This document shows positions 18,083 to 27,843 of a DNA stretch of 61,755 nt, one piece after another. A program made the translations under genes and the position numbers. The notes below the pieces were generated by a model. The model searched no databases and was not told where the DNA came from. It saw only the letters and a list, made by a program, of their open reading frames with translations. The stretch is taken from assembly GCA_945897435.1 (NCBI GenBank), contig CAMDFJ010000006.1, forward strand, positions 1 through 61,755, in the 5' to 3' direction. This DNA comes from Candidatus Kuenenia stuttgartensis (lineage in GTDB: Bacteria; Planctomycetota; Planctomycetia; Pirellulales; UBA1268). Numbering within the stretch: the first letter of the stretch is position 1; each line of letters begins with the position of its first letter.

Positions 18083-19698
18083 CAGGCCTGATCTCCCGAA
18101 GCAAACCTCTCCTGGGCCAACAGAGCCAGTCGTCGCAGGTCGAGTTTGCCCGTACCGAGCACCGGCATCTCCTCGATCTCGGCGAAACTGTCGGGCGATG
18201 GAATCCAGAGATTGGGCAGCCCCCTCTCGGCCAGACCGCGACAGACATCCTGGGCCTGACGGGGCGTGGGCAGATGGAACACCACCAGCCTCTCCCCCTT
18301 CCTCGCATCCGCCACGGCGGTGATGACCGCCAGCATTTCGCCATCGGCGGCACCCAATTCCTGATTGATCGCCTCCTCGATCGCGATGTGTGGCACCATC
18401 TCTCCACCGATCTTGGAAAACCTGCTCTCGCGTCCGGTGATCGTGATGAATCCATCGGCGTCGATCTTGGCGATGTCTCCGGTGCAGTACCAGCCGTCCT
18501 GCACCACCTTCGCCGTCAGGTCGGGCCGGTCGAGGTAGCCCTGCATGACGTTCGGGCCGCTGATCCAGAGCAGTCCCTCCTCGCCGACTGGCACTTCGCC
18601 GGTCCCCTCCCGACCGCTGATCCGGGCTCGGCAGCCGAGTATCGGCTTGCCTACGGTCCCCTCTCGGGAATCGACCGGACGGCCAGGGACCTGCCGGGAG
18701 GGGGGCACGTTGGCGGCCACCAGCGGGGCCAATTCGGTGGCCCCGTAGGCCTCCCAGGGCCGCACGCCGAATCGCTTCTCGAAGGCGTCGGCCACGTCGC
18801 GGGTGAGTTTCTCGGCGGCCCCGAACACGACCTCGAGCGTCGAGAAATCCTCGGCCGGTGTCCGGCGAATGTAGATCCGCAGGAAGGTCGGCGTTGCCAT
18901 CAGGATCGTGGCATGGTGCTCGCGGGCCAGCCTCCCGACCGTCTGGGCATCCCGTGGATCGGCGTGGAAGACGACGGACGGATCCAATGTCAGCGGCGTC
19001 CAGAGCGTCGTCGTGTAGCCGTAGGAGTGGAAGAAGGGGAGCACGCCGAGGGCGACGTCGGAGGTCGACAGATGGAGCATGTTGTCGATCGCCCGCACCT
19101 GGGAGCCGACATTCTCCACGGTCAGCACGACCCCCTTCGGATCGCCCGTCGATCCAGATGTGAAGATCACCGTCAGCACGTCCTCGGGCCGGATCGCCTC
19201 GAGGCCGAGCATCCGGTCAAGCCAGGGCAGCGGTGTCAGCGTGGCATGAACGAAGGCCGCGATCTTGTCGAAGGCGGTGAGTTGGGTCCGCAGGCCGCCT
19301 GCATCGAGCAGTCGTTCGCCGACGTCGAGTTTGACCCGGGTCAGGAATGCGGGACTGGAGATCACGTGCCGAAGGCCGGCCTTGGCGATGCAGGTGTCGA
19401 GGATCGACTGGCTCGTCGTGTAGTTCAGGTTTACGGCCACGCGGCCGGAGAGCGCGAGTGCGGCGTTGACCACCATGCCGCCTGCGGTCGGCGGCAGGAG
19501 CACGCCGACCATCGTCTCGTCGCGGTCGAGCACCCGCTCCAGAACGCTGCGGGCGGCGAGGATCCGCGTCAGCAGTTCCCTGCCGGTGAGCCTGGTGCCG
19601 AGAGAGTCGGCGACCTTCATCCTGCCTGAGGCACTGCGACAGGCGCGGAGCAGTCGCCGCTGCAGGACCATCGGCGATTCGACTCTGGAATCGGGCAT
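18082..19698 (-). CDS. AMP-binding acyl-ACP synthetase (Aas C-terminal-like)
   Basis: IFTSGSTGDPKGV, LPFFHSYG, EAYGATE, GWYCTGD, GRESRFSKIGGEMVPH; start uncertain (19698 chosen). Confidence 0.85.
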   Translation of the reverse strand: MPDSRVESPMVLQRRLLRACRSASGRMKVADSLGTRLTGRELLTRILAARSVLERVLDRDETMVGVLLPPTAGGMVVNAALALSGRVAVNLNYTTSQSILDTCIAKAGLRHVISSPAFLTRVKLDVGERLLDAGGLRTQLTAFDKIAAFVHATLTPLPWLDRMLGLEAIRPEDVLTVIFTSGSTGDPKGVVLTVENVGSQVRAIDNMLHLSTSDVALGVLPFFHSYGYTTTLWTPLTLDPSVVFHADPRDAQTVGRLAREHHATILMATPTFLRIYIRRTPAEDFSTLEVVFGAAEKLTRDVADAFEKRFGVRPWEAYGATELAPLVAANVPPSRQVPGRPVDSREGTVGKPILGCRARISGREGTGEVPVGEEGLLWISGPNVMQGYLDRPDLTAKVVQDGWYCTGDIAKIDADGFITITGRESRFSKIGGEMVPHIAIEEAINQELGAADGEMLAVITAVADARKGERLVVFHLPTPRQAQDVCRGLAERGLPNLWIPSPDSFAEIEEMPVLGTGKLDLRRLALLAQERFASGDQA

Positions 19699-19862
19699 GA
19701 AAGCTCCGCAGTGGCCGGGTTCGGCGGGTCTCGTTGCCCGAATTCCGCCGATCACTAAAATCAACTCTTTCCAGATTAGACCCTGCGCCGTCCGAGGTGA
19801 CCAGTTCGCCGCCGAACGGGACCGACTTCAACCGCGGCCCAATGCCGCCGCTGACGCGACAG

Positions 19863-22682
19863 ATGCCACGTTACCAGCCGTCGCGGATCGAGCCAAAATG
19901 GCAGGAGTGGTGGGAGTCGCAGCGGACATTTGCCACGCAGCGTCTGCCCACACCGGGCTCCACGGCCGCTGACCCGGGTCGCAAGGCCTACATTCTCGAC
20001 ATGTTTCCCTACCCCAGTGGGGACGGCCTCCATGTCGGCCATCCCGAGGGATACACGGCCACCGACATCGTGGCCCGGTTCGAGCGGATGCGGGGCACGA
20101 GCGTCATGCATCCGATGGGGTTCGATGCCTTCGGGCTTCCCGCCGAGGAATACGCGATCCGCACCGGCACGCCGCCTCGCGAGAGCACCGACCGGAACAT
20201 CGCCACATTCACCCGCCAACTCAAAATGCTCGGCTTCAGCTACGACTGGGACCGGGTGCTCTCGACGACCGATCCCGGCTACGTCCGCTGGACGCAGTGG
20301 ATCTTCCTCGTCCTCTTCGACACCTGGTTCGACCCGACGCTCCAGAAGGGGCGACCGATCGCCGATCTCCCGATCCCTGCCGAGGTCGCCAGCGATGGCG
20401 AGGGGGCGATCGCTGCCTATCGTGACTCCCACCGTCTGGCATATCAGTCGGAGGCCCCTGTCAACTGGTGTCCCGCCCTGGGCACGGTGCTGGCCAACGA
20501 GGAGGTGATCGGCGGGGTGAGCGAGCGGGGTGGACATCCGGTGGTCCGGATCCCGCTGCGCCAGTGGATGCTGCGGATCACAGCCTATGCCGACCGCCTG
20601 GAGCGGGAACTCGAGGGCCTCGACTGGCCGGCCAGCATCAAGAAGCTCCAGTCCGATTGGATCGGCAGAAGCACCGGCGCCGAGGTCGACTTCCTGATCG
20701 CCGCTCCTGACGCCGGTGCGGAGGCGTTTTCGCAGTGGAAAATATCGCGGGCGGCGGGCGGATTTCCGGCCAGACCCGGGACCGACGTGCTGCGGATCTA
20801 CACCACCCGGCCCGACACGCTCTATGGCGTGACCTTCATGGTCGTCGCTCCGGAACATCCACTGATCGATTCGTTGACCGCCCCGGGCCAGCGGCAGGCG
20901 ATCGCAGCCTATCGGGATGCGGCCGCCCGCAAGAGCGACCTCGATCGCACCGATCTTGCCCGTGAGAAAACGGGGGTCTTCACCGGTTCGCACGTGATCC
21001 ACCCGCTGACCGGCAGACCGGTGCCCGTCTGGGTGGCCGACTACGTGCTGGCGACCTACGGCACGGGCGCGATCATGGCCGTGCCGGCCCACGACGAACG
21101 CGACCTCGAATTCGCGAATGCCTTCGGGATCGAGGTGATCACGGTCGTCGAACCTGCCGACGGATCCGCTCCGGCCGAGGGCAGACTGTTCGCCGGCGAC
21201 GGCCGTGCGGTCGCCTCCGGACCCTACACGGGCCTCGGGACCCGGGACTTCATCGGCAGGGTCGCGGCCGACCTTGCGGCAGCAGGACTCGGCCGACCTT
21301 CGGTGAACTACAAACTCCGCGACTGGCTCTTCAGCCGGCAGCGGTTCTGGGGAGAGCCGTTTCCGATCCTCCACGAACTCGACGCCGACGGCTCACCCAC
21401 CGGCCAGATCCGCGCGGTCGACCAGCAGGAACTGCCTGTGGCGCTTCCGGAACTGACCGACTACCGCCCCGGAGACACCCCCGACCCGCCGCTGTCCCGA
21501 TCGGCGCCGGAGTGGCTCTTCCTGGAGCGTGATGGCAAACGCTACCGCCGCGAGACCAACACCATGCCCCAGTGGGCAGGTTCGTGCTGGTACTACCTGC
21601 GGTTTCTCGACCCGAAGAACGACCTTCGCTTCCTCGACCCCGAGATCGAAAAGGCTTGGATGCCGGTCGATCTCTATATCGGCGGTGCGGAGCACGCCGT
21701 GCTCCATCTGCTCTACAGCCGCTTCTGGCACAAGGTGCTCTACGACCGCGGCCACGTCTCGCAGCCCGAGCCGTTCGGCAGACTGGTGAATCAGGGGATG
21801 ATCCTCGGGGAGATGGAGTTCACCGGCTACCGCAGCGGCAAGGGGGGCTGGGTCTCGGCGGAGAAACGTGGCGAGGACGATGTCGCCGCCAAAGTTCCGG
21901 CCGACCAGGTGGAGAAGCAGGGGGAGCACTTCGTGCTCCGCGACGCCCCGAAGATCCGGGTCGAAAGCCGGGCCTACAAGATGTCGAAGAGCCGCGGCAA
22001 CGTCGTCAATCCGGATCAGGTGGTCAGGGATTTCGGGGCCGATTCGCTGCGGCTCTACGAGATGTTCATGGGACCGCTGGAGGCGACCAAACCCTGGAGC
22101 ACCACCGGCGTCAGCGGAGTCCGCGGCTTCCTCGACCGCTGCTGGCGGCTCGTCGTCGACGAGCGGGCCGAGGAACTCGCTCTGGCTTCCCAGGTCTGCG
22201 ACGACCCCCCTTCGGAGGATCAGTTCCGCGAATTGCACCGCACGATCGACAAGGTGACGAAGGACATCCAGTCGCTCTCATTCAACACGGCGATCGCCCG
22301 GATGATGGAGTTCGTCAACTTCTTCACGCCGCTGGAGCGCCGACCGCGGGCGGTCCTCGAACCGTTCGTGACCCTGCTTGCCCCCTTCGCCCCGCATCTG
22401 GCAGAGGAACTCTGGCAGATTCTCGGCCGGCCGGCCCCCGTGTCGCTGGCCGCATGGCCGGCTGTCGAGAACCGCTGGCTCCGCGACGAAACGATCGAGA
22501 TTCCGGTCCAGATCCAGGGCAAACTCCGGGGCCGGGTGGCCGTTCCGGCCGACGCCGACATTGAAACAATCCAGGCGACAGCCGCGGCTGACCCGAAAAT
22601 TGCAGAACTCCTTGCCGGCAGGGAGATCCTCAAGGTCGTCGTCGTCCCCGGCAGGCTGGTCAACTTCGTGGTCAAAGGCTGA
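19863..22682 (+). CDS. leuS: Leucine--tRNA ligase
   Basis: [50 protein letters not shown]; start 19863 or 19842. Confidence 0.97.
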   Translation: MPRYQPSRIEPKWQEWWESQRTFATQRLPTPGSTAADPGRKAYILDMFPYPSGDGLHVGHPEGYTATDIVARFERMRGTSVMHPMGFDAFGLPAEEYAIRTGTPPRESTDRNIATFTRQLKMLGFSYDWDRVLSTTDPGYVRWTQWIFLVLFDTWFDPTLQKGRPIADLPIPAEVASDGEGAIAAYRDSHRLAYQSEAPVNWCPALGTVLANEEVIGGVSERGGHPVVRIPLRQWMLRITAYADRLERELEGLDWPASIKKLQSDWIGRSTGAEVDFLIAAPDAGAEAFSQWKISRAAGGFPARPGTDVLRIYTTRPDTLYGVTFMVVAPEHPLIDSLTAPGQRQAIAAYRDAAARKSDLDRTDLAREKTGVFTGSHVIHPLTGRPVPVWVADYVLATYGTGAIMAVPAHDERDLEFANAFGIEVITVVEPADGSAPAEGRLFAGDGRAVASGPYTGLGTRDFIGRVAADLAAAGLGRPSVNYKLRDWLFSRQRFWGEPFPILHELDADGSPTGQIRAVDQQELPVALPELTDYRPGDTPDPPLSRSAPEWLFLERDGKRYRRETNTMPQWAGSCWYYLRFLDPKNDLRFLDPEIEKAWMPVDLYIGGAEHAVLHLLYSRFWHKVLYDRGHVSQPEPFGRLVNQGMILGEMEFTGYRSGKGGWVSAEKRGEDDVAAKVPADQVEKQGEHFVLRDAPKIRVESRAYKMSKSRGNVVNPDQVVRDFGADSLRLYEMFMGPLEATKPWSTTGVSGVRGFLDRCWRLVVDERAEELALASQVCDDPPSEDQFRELHRTIDKVTKDIQSLSFNTAIARMMEFVNFFTPLERRPRAVLEPFVTLLAPFAPHLAEELWQILGRPAPVSLAAWPAVENRWLRDETIEIPVQIQGKLRGRVAVPADADIETIQATAAADPKIAELLAGREILKVVVVPGRLVNFVVKG

Positions 22683-22799
22683 CTTTCGGGGATCTCCGAC
22701 GCCTGGGCGGAGGAGCCGAATCGGCTTTCGTGCCGGCCGCAGGTTCCGTAGCATGGGGACGTCCTTTTCCCAGCCAACGGCCCACGTGAGGAGCGATCC

Positions 22800-24113
22800 A
22801 TGCCTGTGAAGCGTGTTCTGGCCCTGGTTCTTGGAGGAGGCCGCGGCACGCGGCTCTACCCGCTGACCCGCGACCGCTCGAAGCCCGCCGTGCCCCTCGC
22901 CGGCAAGTACAGGATCATCGACGTCCCCCTCTCGAACTGCATCAACAGCGGTGTCCAGCGGATCTACGTGCTCACACAGTTCAACTCGGTCAGCCTCCAC
23001 CGCCACATCCGCCGCACCTATACCTTCGACCCATTCAGCGGCGGATTCGTCGAGATCCTCGCCGCCCAGCAGACGCTCGACAATTCCGGCTGGTACCAGG
23101 GCACGGCCGACGCGGTGCGGCAGAACATCCGCTACCTGCAGCAACCCGACATCCGCCACGTGCTGATCCTCTCGGGCGATCAACTTTACCGGATGAACTA
23201 CGCCGACATGCTGGCGACCCACATGTCCTGCGGGGCGGATGTCACCATCGCCAGCATCCCGGTGCACGAGGAGGCCGCATCGGCGCTTGGCATCATGCGG
23301 GTCGACGGCAGCGGTCGGGTCGAGGGCTTCCTGGAAAAGCCCCAGACGAAGGCCGAACTCGACATGGTCCGCACCGATCCGGCATGGATCGATCGCCAAG
23401 GGATCGCCTCCCAGGGCAGAAACCTGATGGCGAGCATGGGAATCTACCTGTTCGAGAGGGACTGCCTGCTGGATCTGCTCACCAAGACCGACTATCAGGA
23501 CTTCGGACGGGAGGTCTTTCCGGCGGCGATCCGCTCCAAGCGGGTGCAGCTCCATCCCTTCGACGGCTACTGGGAGGACATCGGCACGATCCGCTCCTAC
23601 TTCCAGTGCAACCTCGATCTGGCGGGCGCGGCGCCGCCGTTCCAGCTCTCGAGTGCAGAGGCGCCGATCTATTCCCGCGGCCGATTCCTGCCACCGTCAC
23701 GGATCGACGGTGCGAGCATCCGGGCCAGCCTGCTCTCCGACGGCTGCATCGTCGGCCACGGTGCCGTCATCGAAAACAGCGTGATCGGCCTCCGCTGCCA
23801 CATCGGCCGCAACGTGGTCATCCGCAACTCCGTCGTCCTCGGCAGCGACTTCTACGAAGCCGACGACGACATCGCCGCCAATACCGCCCGCGGCATCCCG
23901 CCGATGGGCATCGGCGAGGGCACGGTCATCGAAGGCGCCATCGTCGACAAGAATGTCCGCATCGGACGCAGGGTTCGCATCTGTAACGACCACGGATGGG
24001 AGCAGACCGGCGACAGCCCCATGTTCACCGTCCGCGACCGTATCGCGGTCGTTCCGAAAGACGCGGTTGTCCCCGACGGCTGGCTCCCCGAGCCCGGTAT
24101 CGCTCTCGGCTAG
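22800..24113 (+). CDS. glgC: Glucose-1-phosphate adenylyltransferase (paralog 1)
   Basis: GGGRGTRLYPLT, RSKPAVP, LTQFNS, AAQQT, WYQGTADAVRQ, SMGIY, YWEDIGT. Confidence 0.95.
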   Translation: MPVKRVLALVLGGGRGTRLYPLTRDRSKPAVPLAGKYRIIDVPLSNCINSGVQRIYVLTQFNSVSLHRHIRRTYTFDPFSGGFVEILAAQQTLDNSGWYQGTADAVRQNIRYLQQPDIRHVLILSGDQLYRMNYADMLATHMSCGADVTIASIPVHEEAASALGIMRVDGSGRVEGFLEKPQTKAELDMVRTDPAWIDRQGIASQGRNLMASMGIYLFERDCLLDLLTKTDYQDFGREVFPAAIRSKRVQLHPFDGYWEDIGTIRSYFQCNLDLAGAAPPFQLSSAEAPIYSRGRFLPPSRIDGASIRASLLSDGCIVGHGAVIENSVIGLRCHIGRNVVIRNSVVLGSDFYEADDDIAANTARGIPPMGIGEGTVIEGAIVDKNVRIGRRVRICNDHGWEQTGDSPMFTVRDRIAVVPKDAVVPDGWLPEPGIALG

Positions 24114-24344
24114 CGTCGGGCCGGCCGGGTTTGCCTGCACGAGCGGCGGCCATGGCCTGGCCGTGGCATGCCGCGGCAGGATGCCGTTGCTGCGGGCCCA
24201 GAAGTCGTTTTGCGGTGCCGAACCGTTCGGCACGGGCCCCGAATAGTCGAAGGGGTCGGGGCACATGGTGCAGCCCGCCGCGGCCAGGAACATGGTCGCG
24301 GCGGCGATCGGGGCGATGACGGCCCTGCGCGAGAAACCCACCAT
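23697..24344 (-). CDS. Putative small lipoprotein; ORF runs antisense into glgC
   Basis: Hydrophobic signal plus lipobox AAGC followed by TMCPDPFDYSGP; fills the otherwise empty gap after udg; true 3' end uncertain. Confidence 0.5.
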   Translation of the reverse strand: MVGFSRRAVIAPIAAATMFLAAAGCTMCPDPFDYSGPVPNGSAPQNDFWARSNGILPRHATARPWPPLVQANPAGPTLAESDTGLGEPAVGDNRVFRNDRDTVADGEHGAVAGLLPSVVVTDANPASDADILVDDGAFDDRALADAHRRDAAGGIGGDVVVGFVEVAAEDDGVADDHVAADVAAEADHAVFDDGTVADDAAVGEQAGPDARTVDP

Positions 24345-24472
24345 CGGCGAACCTCCGGGGCCGGACGGTCGCCTCGACCGGTCCGACCATGGCGAACAGC
24401 AGCGGCTGCTCCACCCCCCAATGACCCCGTTAATTCATCGGATCGTTGCGACCGGCACCTTGAGCAAATCGG

Positions 24473-25258
24473 CTACAACTCGACGCCCATCCGGGCCATG
24501 AGGATCTTCATGTCGTCCCAGACGTGCCGCTTTGCGGCCGGATTCCGCAACAGATACGAGGGGTGGTAGGTGCAGATCACCTGGGAATCGCCATGCTCGA
24601 ACCAGCGTCCCCGCAGTCGACCGATCGGCTCCTCGGAGCGGAGCAGCGCCTGGGCCGCGGTCGTTCCAAGGCAGCAGATGAACTCCGGCCCGATGATTTC
24701 CAGCTGTCGCTCAAAGAACCCCCTGCAGTTGGCAACCTCGTCGGCGGTCGGGGGCCGGTTGCCGGGAGGCCGGCACTTGAGCACGTTGAGGATGTAGACG
24801 TCTTCGCGACGAAGCCTGCAGGCCTCGATGATCTTCGTCAACAACTGGCCGGCACGGCCGACGAAGGGAATGCCCGAGGCGTCCTCGTCGGCGCCTGGAG
24901 CCTCGCCGAGGAAGCAGATTCTCGCCCCCGGCGATCCCGTGCCAAACACCGTCTGGGTCCGGGCACAGGCCAACTCTTCGCAGCGGCGACAGCCGGCAAC
25001 CTCTGCCCGGAGCGGTTCGAGCAGCCGAAGCTTCTCCGCCGGGTCGACGGCCGGCAACGGACCGGCCGGCCGTTGATTGGCTGGAACCATCCCAACTGAC
25101 TTCTCAGGCCTCGTGGTCTGGGCCGCAACGACGCTCGCAACACCCGACCGCCGGGGCAGATCGAGCACACCGGCATCCACGAGGCTTTCGAGTTTTTGCC
25201 GGACCGCCCGACGCGATGGAGTCGGCTGGCCGCGATTTTTGCCCTTCGTGTCGTCCAT
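24473..25258 (-). CDS. Uracil-DNA glycosylase family 4 (4Fe-4S)
   Basis: CRRC, GEAPGADED, PFVGRAG, NVLKCRPP, TYHPSYLLR. Confidence 0.93.
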   Translation of the reverse strand: MDDTKGKNRGQPTPSRRAVRQKLESLVDAGVLDLPRRSGVASVVAAQTTRPEKSVGMVPANQRPAGPLPAVDPAEKLRLLEPLRAEVAGCRRCEELACARTQTVFGTGSPGARICFLGEAPGADEDASGIPFVGRAGQLLTKIIEACRLRREDVYILNVLKCRPPGNRPPTADEVANCRGFFERQLEIIGPEFICCLGTTAAQALLRSEEPIGRLRGRWFEHGDSQVICTYHPSYLLRNPAAKRHVWDDMKILMARMGVEL

Positions 25259-25336
25259 GCCGGTCAGGGTCCTCCGATCCTGCGTCTCTCAGCCACGGGC
25301 CGTCCCCGCGATCTGCCCACTCGCCGGCAGGCTTGT

Positions 25337-26776
25337 TTAGAGCGCCCGGCGAAACCGCTTCGGGGCCCGGCCCTTGCCCAGAAGCGCCGCAGCCGGTGGT
25401 TTCTTCGGCTGTTCTTCGGGGGCGGCATCGGCAGTCTGGCCGGCGTTGTCGGCAGGTCCCGTTCCCTCACGAATGGGCAGGGGCCCCGGCTTCGGGCGCC
25501 GATCAAAGGCCTCGAAGCCCGCGATCTCGTCCCGCTTGAGCAGTTTTTCGATCCGCATCTCGATCCGGGTCAACTGCGGCCCCTCGTCGGGGGCGACAAA
25601 CGTGTAGGCCACTCCCTCCCGCCCCATCCGGCCGGTGCGACCGACCCGGTGGACGTAGTCGTCGCAAAACTCGGGAATGTCGTAGTTGATGATGTGCGAG
25701 AGGCTGGAGACGTCGATGCCGCGGCCGACGACGTCGGTCGCCACCAGCACTTTGACGGTTCCCTCGCGGAACTGCTTCATCACCCGGTCGCGGATGCCCT
25801 GCGAGAGATCGCCGTGGATGCAGGCCACCTCGGCGGCATGGCCACGCCGCCGCGACAGCCGCTCGAAAATCTTGTCGGTCCCCCGCTTGGTCCTGCAGAA
25901 GACGATCACCTGACGCGGGTTCTCCCGCTCCAGGAGCCGCTCGAGGAGGTCGAACTTCCTGGTCGGATCGACGGTGAAATAGAACTGATCGATCGTCTCG
26001 ACGGAGATTTCGTTGGTGGAGAAGTCAAGGATCTCTGGGTCCCGCATGTACCGCGTCGCCAGTTTGGCGACGGGCGGCGGGACCGTGGCCGAGAGCAGCA
26101 GGGTCTGACGGCTCTCAGGGCAGCGTCGCAGAATCTTCTCGATGTCGGGCCGAAAACCGATGTCGAGCATCCGATCCGCCTCATCGAGCGTGACGATCTC
26201 AAGGCCGGAGAGCGTGATCGTGCCACGACTGAGATGGTCGAGCACCCGCCCGGGCGTGCCGACCACGACGGCCGGATGCTTGGCGAGTTTGTCGATCTGC
26301 CCCTTGATCGGCTTGCCACCGTAGACGGCGACACAATGGATCCGGGAGCCATGGGCCAATTTCTCGAATTCGTCTCGAACCTGGACAGCAAGTTCGCGTG
26401 TCGGCACGAGCACGAGGGCCCTCGGCCCGCCGCCGCGGCCGGGCTGCGACACCCGCTCCAGGATCGGAAGCACGAACGAGGCCGTCTTGCCGGTGCCCGT
26501 GCGGGCCTGTCCGAGCAGATCGGCGCCAGTCAAGGCCCGCGGGATGAGCCCGGCCTGTACCGGTGTGGGCACCGTGTATCCAGCCCGTTCGACGGCGGCG
26601 AGCGTCGCGGGCGAAAGGCCGAGTTCGCGAAAACTCCCCGCCACGACATCGGCAGCGTGGGCAGGCGTGCCCCGCGATCCCGCTGAGGCATCAGCATCCG
26701 CCCCGACGGCCGTGCCCGGCTCCGCCGGTCGACCGTCCCATGATTCAGAAACCACTCGCTGTCCCCGTGAGAACAC
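25337..26776 (-). CDS. DEAD-box RNA helicase
   Basis: PTPVQ, ARTGTGKT, PTREL, TPGR, DEAD, SAT, HRVGRTGR; start uncertain. Confidence 0.95.
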   Translation of the reverse strand: MFSRGQRVVSESWDGRPAEPGTAVGADADASAGSRGTPAHAADVVAGSFRELGLSPATLAAVERAGYTVPTPVQAGLIPRALTGADLLGQARTGTGKTASFVLPILERVSQPGRGGGPRALVLVPTRELAVQVRDEFEKLAHGSRIHCVAVYGGKPIKGQIDKLAKHPAVVVGTPGRVLDHLSRGTITLSGLEIVTLDEADRMLDIGFRPDIEKILRRCPESRQTLLLSATVPPPVAKLATRYMRDPEILDFSTNEISVETIDQFYFTVDPTRKFDLLERLLERENPRQVIVFCRTKRGTDKIFERLSRRRGHAAEVACIHGDLSQGIRDRVMKQFREGTVKVLVATDVVGRGIDVSSLSHIINYDIPEFCDDYVHRVGRTGRMGREGVAYTFVAPDEGPQLTRIEMRIEKLLKRDEIAGFEAFDRRPKPGPLPIREGTGPADNAGQTADAAPEEQPKKPPAAALLGKGRAPKRFRRAL

Positions 26777-26807
26777 TGTCCGTCACGCCGCGTGAACGTT
26801 TATTCAT
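26745..26807 (-). CDS. Candidate leaderless 20-aa uORF MNKRSRGVTDSVLTGTASGF
   Basis: ATG 6 nt downstream of TGG-TAGTCT (26814-26819); out of frame with the helicase. Confidence 0.3.
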   Translation of the reverse strand: MNKRSRGVTDSVLTGTASGF

Positions 26808-26877
26808 GAGGCAAGACTACCACGGCTGCCCGTTTCCGGCAAACCGACAGGGGGATCGGCTGCGTTCTCGATGCAGA

Positions 26878-27774
26878 TCAGCGGTCGAACAGCTTCTTGA
26901 TGGCCCAAACCGTGGCGGCCCGGCCCGCGCGGGCGATCGAGCGGGTCAGCGGGATGTGCTTCGGGCAGACGGCGACACAGTTCTGCGCATTGCCGCACAT
27001 CTGAATGCCACCTTCACCGGTCAATGCCGCCAGCCGTTCGTCGGCGATCATCCTGCCTGTCGGATGGGCGTTGAAGAGCATCGCCTGACTGATGGCGTGG
27101 GCGCCGACAAATCCCCTGTCGAATGCGGCCTTCCGCCTGGCATCGAAGGCCTCCGCCGATTCCCCTTCACGCTGCACGACCTCGATCTTCGTGTACTGCG
27201 GACAGGCCTCGAGGCAGCAGCCGCAGCTCATGCATGTCGAGAGCGGATAGGCATCCTCCTGGTCCTCCGGAGAAATCCGCGGGCCGGGGCCATGGTCGTA
27301 GGAGCCGTCGACCGGAACCCAGGCCTCAACACGCTCCAGACCCCGGAAGACCCTGCGCCTGTCGACGACGAGGTCCCTGACGACCGGAAACTTCGACATC
27401 GGTCGCAGTTCAATCTCCTCGGAGTTGTCCTCGAGCAGCCTGTCGACGAGCGCAGTGCAGGCCATTCTGGTCCGGCCGTTGACAAGCATCGTGCAGGAGC
27501 CGCAGACCTCCTCGAGACAGTTGCAGTCCCAGGCGACGGGCGCCACGCTGCGGCCGTCTTCGGCCCGGGCCGTGGCGGCGATCCGCTGCAGGATGCTGAT
27601 CACGTTCATGTTCGGTTCATACGGGATCGCATGTCGCTCCCAATAACTCTCCTGCCCCGGTGCATCCTGCCTCAGCACACGGACATGAATCGTGCGAGAC
27701 GTCGCCCCCGCACCGTGGCCGGCGGCCGTGGCGACATCGCCGGCGTCATGGTTCGTCTCAACAGCCTGGATCAT
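26878..27774 (-). CDS. sdhB: Succinate dehydrogenase iron-sulfur subunit
   Basis: CLEEVCGSC, CMSCGCCLEACP, CGNAQNCVAVCPK; SD AGGAG before ATG 27774. Confidence 0.95.
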   Translation of the reverse strand: MIQAVETNHDAGDVATAAGHGAGATSRTIHVRVLRQDAPGQESYWERHAIPYEPNMNVISILQRIAATARAEDGRSVAPVAWDCNCLEEVCGSCTMLVNGRTRMACTALVDRLLEDNSEEIELRPMSKFPVVRDLVVDRRRVFRGLERVEAWVPVDGSYDHGPGPRISPEDQEDAYPLSTCMSCGCCLEACPQYTKIEVVQREGESAEAFDARRKAAFDRGFVGAHAISQAMLFNAHPTGRMIADERLAALTGEGGIQMCGNAQNCVAVCPKHIPLTRSIARAGRAATVWAIKKLFDR

Positions 27775-27843
27775 CGGATGCTCCTGCCTTTGCTGACTCT
27801 CTGGTCGCGGCACGACCGGCCGCGGCTTCGTCCTTCCCGGTCC

